From the human T2T-CHM13v2.0 reference genome, Homo sapiens: a DNA stretch of 64,000 nucleotides. The position numbers were made by a program, and so were the translations under genes. Numbering within the stretch: position 1 is the first letter of the stretch; every line of letters starts with the position of its first letter. The notes below the pieces were generated by a model that searched no databases, was not told the DNA's origin, and worked only from the letters and a program-made list of their open reading frames with translations. Of this stretch, positions 1 to 12,045 are shown one piece after another. The DNA lies in NCBI RefSeq assembly GCF_009914755.1, contig NC_060929.1; one strand, written 5' to 3'.

Positions 1-635
1 CTGTCGGTTCTGGCAATTTCTCCTTCATGTTTAGACAGCACCTCAGGTTTTAGTTCTTCCACCAATATATTCTTATGTTTAGGAAAGCAGCTCCTAGAAG
101 GGTAGCATCTCTGAATGTGTCTGATAGAGCAACGCTGGCAACATTTTGGATGTCTCTTTTTTTGTTGGGAACTGTATTCCTGGTTTACAGACAAAGTTTT
201 TCTTGATTTCTATTTGCACATTGAAATCCCCACGTTTCACTTCTGTAATAAATTTGCCTTTTGCTGGCTTAAAGTCTTCTACTGTGCCTAGGAGATTCTG
301 TAATGTAATGTTTTCTGATAATGATTCTCCATAGTCATTAAATGTGATCATAGGTAAGACTTTCTCCAGTTGATGAGAGACAGCCAAAGGAGGATCATCA
401 TTTCCCTTCTTCCTATGTATTTTGCTGTCACATGGATGCTGTTTCTTATCTTTAGGAAGAAAAGAAGAATTCTGCTTTTCATTCACAGAAGCAGACATAC
501 CCTCATCTCCATTTTCCTTAGATTTCCCTAATGTCCCAGTCTGATGAAACACAGGCTCCAAGGTGTCTCCTTTGACTTCCTTTTCAAGAACTTTTATATT
601 TTCTTGGCATGCTCAGCCAGCAGGCTGAGATACAC
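1..635 (-). pseudogene. PDZPH1P: Large disabled coding exon of a spliced pseudogene, probably PDZPH1P; runs off the window start
   Basis: Acceptor ttgcttcctctttAG|GTGTA at 636/635. In phase with the upstream exon it reads CVSQPAG*ACQENIKVLEKEVKGDTLEPVFH..., with in-frame TGA at 615-613 and TAG at 96-94. A +1 frame stays open to base 1 (SRSCFPKHKNILVEELKPEV...). Gene name from recalled synteny with NUDT12. Confidence 0.7.
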
Positions 636-2490
636 CTAAAGAGGAAGCAAAAAAATAAAAATTGGAAAGGTTTACGTGTTCATTTAGAGAACAGATGTTC
701 CAATTTCTAGAATAAAATGCAATGCAAATCCTTTGTAAGTATTTTGGGTATCGGTTTTCATTCATTTATAGCATGTCAAAATGTTTTTCACAAAAGTTCA
801 TTTATAATAAATACATCACTTTAAATCAACCAATTCTCTTAGAGTGTAGAAATATCACCAGTAGTTTTATGAAGTAAGAATTTAATTAAGCTGTACTCTA
901 AAACAGCAACTTGCAAAAGTGGGTGAAATGAAAATTTCACAAGAAACATATGCAACTAAATTTTAAGTGCAACTCTTGAAAAAGAACAGCTTGCTATATG
1001 ATCAGGTATTTGAACATGGCATTATACTACAGGCTAAGTCAAGCTCAATACAATTTGAGATGGTACTACAAATGAAGATGTGGGTAAAAAGAATGGAAGA
1101 AACATAAGTATGCTTTTAGACAGACTTTCAAACATGTCCAGTAGTATCCTTTGCCCTGGGCTTTTTATAGAATAGGTTCACAAACTCAAAGTCTGTGGCA
1201 TTTAAACAGGTAACATAAACAAGTGAAGCAGGCTGGGTATACATATTCTCTGCTAGTCAGCTCCAGCCACGTGAAAAGGTGTCCTGGTGTTACTGGATCA
1301 TCTCATTTTTCCAGAAGAGAACTAGAATCTGGATTTTTTCCTATACTGTAAAATTTCTTAATTTCTAAGGATTAGTTCAAAAATTTAAAACAACAACCCT
1401 CTATAGGTGGAGGCCAGTATACTTAGGGACCAGCTTTTGCCCAAGAACTACCAGCTTGCAACCTGCACTCCTCTGTTTTATATTAAAATACATTCCTATG
1501 AGAAGCTTGTGAACCTGAGCATGAGGCACCAGAGCTTGTGTAAAAAACAGTGGACAAAAATATCTCAAATTCTATTTTAAACTACATCTGAGATTATTTG
1601 TTAAGAAAGAAGAATAGGCAACAAGTGAATACTTATATCATAAAGATTGATGAACCAGGTGTCAAAAAGGACATTTTTAAAAAGTTAAGTTTAAAATTGG
1701 AATGGATTATTTATACATTTATTTTAAATGTTTTTAACTTAAAATGATTTTTATTTATACTTATAAATTTTTACATAAAATGCTTATAATTATATAAATA
1801 CTTATATAGAGAATAAATTCTCTTCAACAGGAAAAAGAACAGCATCGAGCATACTGAGATCACTTGAGGAGTCTAACCATTCCCATTTGCCTCTCTTCTA
1901 GCCTGTAGGAAGGTCTCTCTTGTCAGGTACTGAAACAGTTTCCAGTGGGCCTGGTCACAATCTGAGCTCTGTAATGTGGAAGTCATAAGAGAAAAGACAT
2001 GGAGACCTATCTCTCTAAAGGCCATTTATAATAGACCATGGACACAATAACAGTTTATAGACTGATGGACTGCCTTCCAGAACTGGACTTTATTCTTTAA
2101 ATAACATCTTCATGCCAAGAGCCATTCTGTTTATACCCCTTTCAATTTTATAATTTTATATTTTATAGCCCCTTTGAATTGACTACATTTTAATTTCTGC
2201 AAAAAGGGATATAGAGCAGAGAAAGTTACATAATAATGCATTGATAACAGATTCTAAGAATAATGGGTCCTAATAGTCCATATCTGAATATTTTTATTTA
2301 GATTTTTATTAGTTATAATACATATCATTAATGCAGAAGTATATAAATAGTAACTATAGACCAAGCTTCAAAATCATTTTATATGTTTTTATCTTCCTAG
2401 TTTTATAGACAGTCCTGTGATAAAGAAGAAAGTACATAAACTAAGCAGTTCATTTTTTACATACTTAGAAAATCATTGAATTGGACTTAC

Positions 2491-2582
2491 ATACTGTGGT
2501 ATTCAAGATTTCCCATTTTTTACAGCCTTTTCTTCTTTTCCTCATCATTTTGGGGAGTTGTGGGTCTTCAGTTTTCACTGCC
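2491..2582 (-). pseudogene. PDZPH1P: Putative first coding exon of the same pseudogene
   Basis: Acceptor tgttttcaaAG at 2584-2583, ATG at 2548-2546 (A at -3), peptide MMRKRRKGCKKWEILNTTV, consensus donor GTAAGT at 2490-2485. Phase 1 matches the exon starting at 635. Confidence 0.65.
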
Positions 2583-3603
2583 CTTTGAAAACAGCAAATA
2601 AATTTGAAATTATTTTCCCATCAGAATTTAGGTTTAGTCAAATTACTGAGTAACTCAACTCACTTGCCAACTTGATAGCATGGGTATCTTTCTGTGGTAT
2701 CCCCACATGCTTTTCCTTTAAATATATTTTATTGTTGTAATTACATTAACCTTTTTTGTTTAGTTCCATCTCAACTATTTAGTGCATTGTTAGATATATA
2801 TGTACATGTGCATATAAATGAATATTCAAACATATAGATATGTAAAACATATACACATATATTCGTATTTGTAGACATTTAGGATGCAAGTTGATGCATA
2901 TTGTTTAATTATTTTTATGTTTCATTGTTTCCTATATTAATAGAAACACACAATTTTTTGTAAAGTTAGCCTAAATCCAATATTATGAAATTTGTAGCCC
3001 TGCTAAAAATTAAGTGGGGTAGGGAGATGGTTTGCCTTCATTACACTGTCATTATATATAACCATATTTAAATATTATGACTGAGTAAACATATTGGTAG
3101 AGTTGGTAATTCATTGTAGAAGACCAAATTCTTTACCTTAACTGTGAAAGAAAGGGTTATATTCTCTGTTGATGATGTCTTAACTAATAGAAGATGTTGG
3201 AGAAGGCATCTGCGGGAAGGCCATCTCCTAATTTCCCAATTATCACCTCAAGCAGGCACCTGCCTGTGCTCAGAGCTAAGCCTGATTCTAATTGCTTTAC
3301 TTTAAAAGAATTAATCTGTCTGTAAAGATGAAAAGGAAATAGTTTCCCATGGAGGTAGTTTGCTTTAGGTGTATTTGGCCAGGCTGTGTCTTTGGACACC
3401 TCATTCAAAAAGCTTGACTCTTATTTGTTTTATGTAAAATCAGGTTGCTTTGCGGCTAGTTTTGGCAAAAATTTATTAAAATTCTTCATAACTCATCTCT
3501 CTCCTCCAAATCATAATATCTGTTGATTTAAAATACTTTTTATTCCATAGCCTCTCCAAATCTCTTAATTTTCTGAAAATTCTGCTTCCCTAGGCTGCCT
3601 TTC

Positions 3604-3758
3604 TTATATAGAGCAATTGATACTCTCTTGGCATCTTTCAATTAACCTGTCTACATTCTCCTGCAATAAGCAAAACTACATTCCTGTGGCTGATGAGGTG
3701 AGCAGTAATCCACTCTTCTTAGAAGGCCAATGTGGGGATTGGGTTGCGCAGAGGATTA
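3604..3758 (-). promoter_or_regulatory. Candidate promoter: TATA box, CCAAT boxes, two TAATCC homeodomain sites
   Basis: TATATAA on minus (3610-3604), TAATCC 3706-3711, GGATTA 3753-3758, CCAAT 3727-3731, ATTGG 3738-3742; about 1 kb upstream of the 2491-2582 exon. Confidence 0.3.
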
Positions 3759-3859
3759 CAAATGCACAATTTAATATCTTTCTTTTTTTATCCCTGTCTT
3801 ACACATATTGGGTTTTCTAATTTAAAAACGCTTCAAAGGCATTTGACTAGGTATAGATA

Positions 3860-4592
3860 GTATAGAAAAACGTATGGAGGTTACTCAAAAAATTTAAAAA
3901 AAACACTACCATAGGATCCAGTAATTCAACTACTGAGTATGTATCCAAAGGAAATGAAATAAGTATTTCAAAGAGATATCTGCACTCCCATGTTTTATTG
4001 TATAGCTATCACAAGTCAAGATATGGAATCAACGTAAGTGTCTAACAACAAATGGAGAAAGAAAATGTGGTATATATACATAATGGAATATTATTCAGCC
4101 ATAACAAATGGAATCCTGCTATTTGTGACTACATGGATAAACCTGGAGGACGTCATGTTAAATGAAATAAGCCAGACACAGAAGGACAAATACCATGTGA
4201 TCTCATTCATATGTGGAATCTTTAAAAAAAAAAAGTTGATATAATAGAAGCAGAGAGTAGAACAGTGGTTATCAGAGATTGGGGAGAAGAAGGGGTTAGG
4301 AAGGTGGGGAGCAGTTGGTCAACGGGTTCAAAGTCTCAATTAGATTGAACCAATGAATTCTGGTGTTCTGTTGCACACTAGGGTGACTGTGGTTAACAGG
4401 AAAACATTGCATATTGCAAAACAGCTAGAAGAGAGGCTTTTTGAATGTTCTCACCACAAAGAAATGATAAATGCATGATGTAATGGACACACTAACTACC
4501 TTGATTGGATCATTACACAACATAGCTATGTACTGAAATATTAAATTGTACCTTATAAATTTGTACAATTACAGGGCCAAATAAATAAATAC
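3860..4592 (+). mobile_element. LINE-1 3' end (L1MA/L1MB-like)
   Basis: ORF2 C-terminal remnant KKMWYIYIMEYYSAI...TWINLEDVMLNEISQTQKDKY, then a typical L1M 3' UTR and A-rich end. Confidence 0.9.
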
Positions 4593-4664
4593 TTTTTTTA
4601 AAAGCACATGACTAGGTTAGTGATTATTTCTCAATGGTTTCACATAGTTTAAACAGAAAAATGT

Positions 4665-4830
4665 AGCCTGCTGCACTGAGTTTAGTTGAGAGCACTTGAC
4701 TTTGACTCAGAATATCTGGGTCTGTACCATGGCTCTGCTGCTCACTCAGCAGGTTGTGTCATATCTGTGAGGCTGAATTTCCTTTACCTCTAAGATAGAA
4801 ATGCTAACAAAATTTAACTTACAAAGTTGT
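4665..4830 (+). mobile_element. MIR fragment
   Basis: Degenerate MIR core (gagcacttgactttgactcagaa...ctgggtctg...ggctctgc). Confidence 0.5.
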
Positions 4831-5204
4831 CTTGAATAAACACAACTGAAAACATTATCAATGGTTCCAGTGAAATGGTACTTGCTATTAACCTCCGTTA
4901 CAGTATATATACATAACAATTAAAATATACCCTTAATTAGAGCTGAGCAGTGGCTGGCTTTGGGAGACTTGCCATCTTATCAGAGCTGCAGGTGAGGGCT
5001 TCAATAAAGCTGACCAAACCATACATTATTTTTGCGCTAGAATGTCTAGAAGTTTTCAAGATTATCTCATCCAAAGCTCTCAATTCGGTATGTGAAAAAC
5101 TGGGACCCAGACCATCCGTGCTTCCTGAATCTCACTAATGGTGGCAAACCACTAATTAAGTAAGCTCTCTCTTTGAGCAGACACACGTGGTATAGATGCC
5201 TTGG

Positions 5205-6660
5205 CAATATGGTTAGGCTTTGTCAAATTCCCCACCCAAATCTCATTTTGAATTGTAATCCCCAGATGTTGAAGGAGAGACCTGGTGGTAGGTGATTGGA
5301 TCATGGCAGAGGGGGGCGCTGTTGTGGGAAGCCAGGAACCCCAAATGGAGGGACCGGCTGAAGCCATGGCAGAAGAACATAAATTGTGAAGATTTCATGG
5401 ACATTTATTAGTTCCCCAAAATTAATACTTTTATAATTTCTTATGCCTGTCTTTACTGCAATCTCTGAACATAAATTGTGAAGATTTCATGGACACTTTT
5501 CACTTCCCCAATCAATACCCTTGTGATTTCTTATGCCTGTCTTTACTTTAATCTCTTAATCCTGTCATTTTTGTAAGCTGAGGAGGATGTATGTCGCCTC
5601 AGGACCCTGTGATGATTGCGTTAACTGCACAAATTGTTTGTAAAGCATGTGTGTTTGAACAATATGAAATCTGGGCACCTTGAAAAAAGAACAGGATAAC
5701 AGCAATGTTCAGGGAACAAGAGAGATAACCTTAAACTCTGACCGCCGGTGAGCCGGGTGGAACAGAGCCATATTTCTCTTCTTTCAAAAGCAAATGGGAG
5801 AAATATCGCTGAATTCTTTTTCTCAGCAAGGACATCCCTGAGAAAGAGAATGCATCCCTGAGGGTAGACCTCTAAAATGGCCCCCTTGGGTGCGGCCGTC
5901 TTCTATGGTTGAAACTGTAGGGATGAAATAAGCCCCAGTCTCCCATAGCACTCCCAGGCTTATTAGGATGAGGAAATTCCCGCCTAATAAATTTTGGTCA
6001 GACCAGTTGTCTGCTTCAAACCCTGTCTCCTGATAAGATGTTATCAATGACAATGCGTGCCTGAAACTTCATTAACAATTTTAATTTCGCCCCGGTCCTG
6101 TGGTCCTGTGATCTTGCCCTGCCTCCATTTGCCTCATGATATCTTATTACCTTGTGAAGCATGTGATCTCTGTGACCCACACCCTATTAATACACTCCCT
6201 CCCCTTTTGAAAATCACTAATAAAAACTTGCTGGTTTTATGGCTCAGGGGGCATCACAGAACCTGCCAACATGTGATGTCTCTCCCAGACACCCAGCTTT
6301 AAAATTTCTCTCTTTTGTACTCTGTCCCTTTGTTTCTCAGACCGGCCAACACTTAGGGAATATAGAAAAGAACCTATGTGAAATTGGGGGCAGGTTCCCC
6401 CGATAGGGGGCAGTTTTCCCCATGCTGTTCTCATGATAGTGAGTTCTCATGAGATCTGACAGTTTTGTAAGTATTTGGAAGTTCATCCTTCATACACTCT
6501 CTCTCACCTGCTGCTATGTGAGACGTCCCCTTGTGCCATGATTGTGTTTCCTCAAGCCTCCTCAACTATGTGGAACTGGGAATCAATTAAACCTCTTTTC
6601 TTTATAAATTACCCAGTCTCAGGTAGTGTCTTTATAGCAGTGTGGAAACAGACTAATACG
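5205..6660 (+). mobile_element. ERVL-MaLR solo LTR (MSTA/THE1D-type), interrupted at 5320-6405
   Basis: Starts (c)aatatggttaggcttt...cccacccaaatctcat, ends cagactaatacg; 5-bp TSD CTTGG at 5200-5204 and 6661-6665. Confidence 0.88.
5320..6405 (+). mobile_element. MER11 solo LTR (HERV-K11/HML-8), ~1086 bp, MER11C-sized
   Basis: Starts TGTTGTGGGAAG...GGAGGGACCGGCTGAAGCCATGGCAGAAGAACATAAATTGTG, ends CCCCCGATA. Internal ~92-bp duplication; flanks GGGCGC/GGGGGC resemble a 6-bp TSD with one mismatch. Confidence 0.88.
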
Positions 6661-6764
6661 CTTGGATTGCTTCTGACCATACAGAGCAAATTTTATAGTC
6701 AGTTTTCACTTTAGCATTGAGAAAGCACAACTTTGTTCCAGAAAATTGAATGTACTGTTTCATA

Positions 6765-6832
6765 TGAACCTAGTATCTAGCACAGTGCCAGACACATAAT
6801 AGGTACCTAATAAATATGCATGAATAAATAAA
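6765..6832 (+). mobile_element. L2 3' terminus
   Basis: ctagcacagtgccagacacataataggtacctaataaatatgcatgaata matches the L2 tail. Confidence 0.65.
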
Positions 6833-7939
6833 TTAGATAGCACCAATCTGTACCTAACTATAGTTTTAATAAAGTGCCTTCTTGTATTTTTAAATATACT
6901 TTCCTTTTACATTGTATTTAATTTGTCGATAGTTAAAATTCTGTTTTTAAAGAAATAAATTGCTCATATTTTTTCCTACTTGTTATCTCTGTTGCTCTGT
7001 ACTTGCATAAGAGGCATCCATATCAGCTGATGGCAGTGTCTGAAATCACTGGCTATAGGGGTACTATCAATTCTATTTTAATTGAATGGCAGCAAACATT
7101 TCTTCCTTTTTGCCTGTTAAACATGGCATGGCTGTAGCTGCATTTTCTAAATTGATCCTAAGCAAAATGAGGAGTGGGAGAAGGTATTCTTTAAAATATC
7201 AGGCTTCTGTTTCTGTACCTCTCTTGTCCTGTATGACCCTCTTCCTTCAATATGGTTGACCATTTTATGCTCTCTCCAGCCTCTCTCCCTATTTTAGAAA
7301 GGCCTATATAAAGATATAATAAAATGCTTAGAACATGAGCAATGTAGCAACACCAAAGAAAGTTTTGGACTGTTAAATAATTTGATATTTGATTTTTCAA
7401 AACATTTTAAAATAGTCACTGTTAGAAAAAGTAGAATATTGTTGAACTTCCTCACACATGGTTTAGAATTTGTCATTTTAATTTCACATGGAGACACCAA
7501 AATTATTTTAAAGCTTTTCTACAATGATTTCATAATATTTACATATTTTCTATCTCTAAAACTATTTTACACTGTCTCTTCTCCAACCTCCTATCTGTCC
7601 TCCTCTTTCCACACTCTCAACGATGGGCTTGACACATTCCTCATAGGAAACAGAAGCTGAATGAAACTCTTTCTGCTTTCCAATACTAATTAATTATTAA
7701 TTAATACAAACTGATTTCGTTGAATTTATATCATAGTCTATGAAATCTCTTTTATTTTGTGGAAAAAGTAAATGTACCTGAACCATTTTAATGCAATTAT
7801 CCTCTCCTCTCCTGCAATATCCATTTCTGTCTTTCACTGCATCACTCCATCTACCATCACATGTCACTGTTCACCTTTACAGCAACACATCTTCATGGAT
7901 TTGTCTATATTTTCTAAGTCTACTGTCTCTCCCCACAGC

Positions 7940-8890
7940 TTTTCTCAAGCCCACTCCAGGAACTACTCTATCACTTATCCCTACCACTCCACTGAGGGTG
8001 CTCTTACCCACATCGACCAGTGACATCCATATTGTCAAAGCCAAAAGTCAATTCTGTGTCATCTTAGGCACACTCTCAGCAGAATTTGACACAACTGATC
8101 ACTCTGTTCCTCTTGCATCACTTTTTTTTTCTTTTAATTCCATGGTGTCACACTCTTCTGATCCTTATCCTGCTCTACTGGGCATTCCCTCTTAGATTCT
8201 TTCGCTGGATCTTCCCTTGCTCAGTCTCTAATCTTTGACATCTTCAGGGTTCCCTTCACTTCTTCATCAACTCCTTCCCTAGGAAATCTTGTCTGATAGC
8301 TTCAAAATAATATACATAGGTGATTCTAAAATTCATAATTTTACTCCTAAAATTCATAATTTCTTAAGGCCAGAAGTCCAGGCTTAAATATCTGACTGCC
8401 AAATTGATGTGTCTAGTCATATGTCTAATTGGAATCCCAAATTCATAAGATCCCCATCTGAGCTCTTAATGTTGTCTGCCTTCAAATCTTTTCTTCTCTA
8501 AATCTTTCCAATCTCAGTCAACAGCATCACCATCTATCTAGCTTAAGTCAAACACCTAGATGTTGTCCTTGACCCTTCTCTTTAACCTGCCTCATCCAAT
8601 CCATCAGCAAGTTTGCCCTACTCTGTTTCTAAACATCTTATCCCAAATATGTCCATTTGTTTTCTACTCCATAGTTACCACCTCAATCCAAGCCACCAGA
8701 TATATTTTTAAAAATCTGGACTAGTGCAATAACTTCCTAGCTGTTTCTCTTACGTCTATATTCATATCCTTTGATTATATAGCAGCCAGATTGATTTTTT
8801 AAAAGCATAAATTAAATCATGTTATCCCACCCCCTGCTTAAAACTCTCTAATGGCCTCTCATTTCACTTTGAAAAATTCTAAGCACCTCA
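7940..8890 (+). mobile_element. L2 LINE fragment
   Basis: Remnant RT motif LSAEFDTTDH (cf. LSAAFDTVDH), then pyrimidine-rich L2 3' region. Confidence 0.75.
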
Positions 8891-9612
8891 CATTTTTATA
8901 CATATACATAAAATATTTTATTCACAAGTAAAATATATCACTACTAGACCTTTGGATATACATTAAGGAATCCATTTCACTACAAATTCCTTGGGTTTAT
9001 ATTTTTAATGTTTATTTTTTCTGTACAAAATTGGCAATAAAGCTCAGGAAAGTTACTATGATTGCTATTATATTATCAGCTGAATCCTATCACATCTGAT
9101 GTCTTTATATCAGATTTTACAGGTCTTTTTTTTCCAACTGGGCTTTAACTCATTACTATAATTTACAAGAAGAAAGAGGAAAAATGTAAACTGGAAATAC
9201 TAACAATATCTTTTTACTGCAGAATTACACAGTATTACTGTTATACTCAGAAAATTATTGGATGATAAAGATTTTTTTGGGGGGAAAGATATTGTTATAA
9301 AATTTTACTGGTGTCATTTTTCTGACAAATTACCTAAAATTTCAATTGCTAAGTTGAAACATTTTCCTTGAAACAGTCAAAGGAAATGTGCTATTACCAA
9401 TAAAAAGAGAAAGACTCACAAAAGAGTAGATAATGATATAATGATTGCTATTAAAATTCTAGAAAGAGACTAAATATGAAATAAATTCAGAAGGTTAAAT
9501 GCTTAACTTCCAGGGTAGCACAGCATCTAGTACTCTTTGTAATTCCCATTGGCTTCAGTTTTCTATAGAATCTGAAAGAATTCTTATTATGACTTCATTT
9601 CCCCAATTTTAA

Positions 9613-10141
<529 letters not shown>

Positions 10142-10974
10142 TATGCTCTCTGTACCATATTTTTAAGGAAATTCATATATGTAAAACAGGTTCTGAAAAG
10201 TTCAAGTGTAATAATATTTGGAGAAAATTTAAAATTTCCATTTACTTTTAAAAGTATGTTTAAAGTGTATAAACTTACCCATTACTGTCAATTCTGATTT
10301 TAAACGGCATGAGATTTAAACTATATTTGTCCTTAAGTTTAAAAAAATATGTATGAGCATAAGAAGAGTTATATAGGAAAACAGGTGTTTCAATAATGCC
10401 CATATATCACTTCAGACTTGCTCTCAGCTTCTTGTTTACAAACCTGGGACCTGATCAGTAATTCTTAGTGAATAGTTTGCCAGTGTCTTGAAAGTATGAA
10501 GCCTTAGTTAAGATCACTGAAGGCTGTTTCAGTGCCTATTGCAAATTGTTCTTTATACTTTTACCTCCTTCTCTCTGTTGAAAAACACTGATGAGTAAAT
10601 GTATTTATATCTGTATTTATATGCATTCGTGTGGATAAATGTTTGAATCCATTTGTTTAAATTTTTAATGGAAACATTCAACTCTCATATGTGATGAAAC
10701 CAATTTTTACTTTCCCCAAGCATATGATGCACAGGTTGTTGAGGCATACAGGGAGTATTTAAGTCCATCTACAGAAGAGGCCCTTGGTGATCATTGGAGC
10801 ATAAATTGCCTAGGGTCTTGAGTTTAGAAGAATAGGTATAAAAAACTTCAATACTAAAATAACTTTAACCATAAGCTTTGTTGGAACGCCATCACTCCGT
10901 TTGACTCACAACTGATCAAATGTAACTTAATGGATAAAGATAATCCTTGGAGAGACAAGAAGCCCATTCTATAA

Positions 10975-11328
<354 letters not shown>

Positions 11329-11909
11329 TAGAAAAGAGGATTGTGTAGTGTAGAATTTACTATATCTAAAGTTTAAAGAATTGGGAAAGAAAAAATTGAT
11401 ATTAGTAAATGAAAAGAAAAGTGAGCTTAGTATCTAATAATGTGTGATACATTCAGTAATACCAGAAAATCTCTTAACAGTTCCAAAATGTCTGTTCTTT
11501 GTTTGACTGTCGATATGTGTGAGATCATCTATCCAAATCCCCCATTTCTTATTGGAGAAAAGTGGGAGAGATGTAGCAACTTGCCCAAGAATCATGGTCC
11601 TGAGATGCTGCTTCATTTTCTCTCTCCACCATGGTAAGGTTCTGAAAAGCGAACAATTTTCTTAAGATTTTTGAAAGATTTTCATTGTTTTACTCTGTTA
11701 AACTTAGAGGCTCTTCCTGACATGCTTCATGAACAGCCCCTTTCCTCTTTCACTTTATTATGGAATGATAAATTAAAATTGGGAAAATCCAGTGTACTTA
11801 ACAACAGAGATAGCCTTTGAATTTGGCACTGTGCACTGTGGGCTTAAAGTTCCGAGCTGAACTTGATGTAAAAATGTAAATATAATGTACATTTCAAGGA
11901 GTTTACTGT

Positions 11910-12045
11910 TTAGCACAGGAATTCTCAAATTTGAATGTGGTTGAGAATCACTGAGCAACTTGCTGAAAATGTAGATTTTGACCTTCACTTTAGAGATTTG
12001 GAGTCTGATTGGTGATCCAGGTGTATGCAATTTTAATGAGTGCCC
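11910..12045. mobile_element. MER5-like hAT DNA transposon fragment
   Basis: ttctcaaatttgaatgtg...agaatcactgag...cttgctgaaaatgtagatt resembles MER5. Confidence 0.45.
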
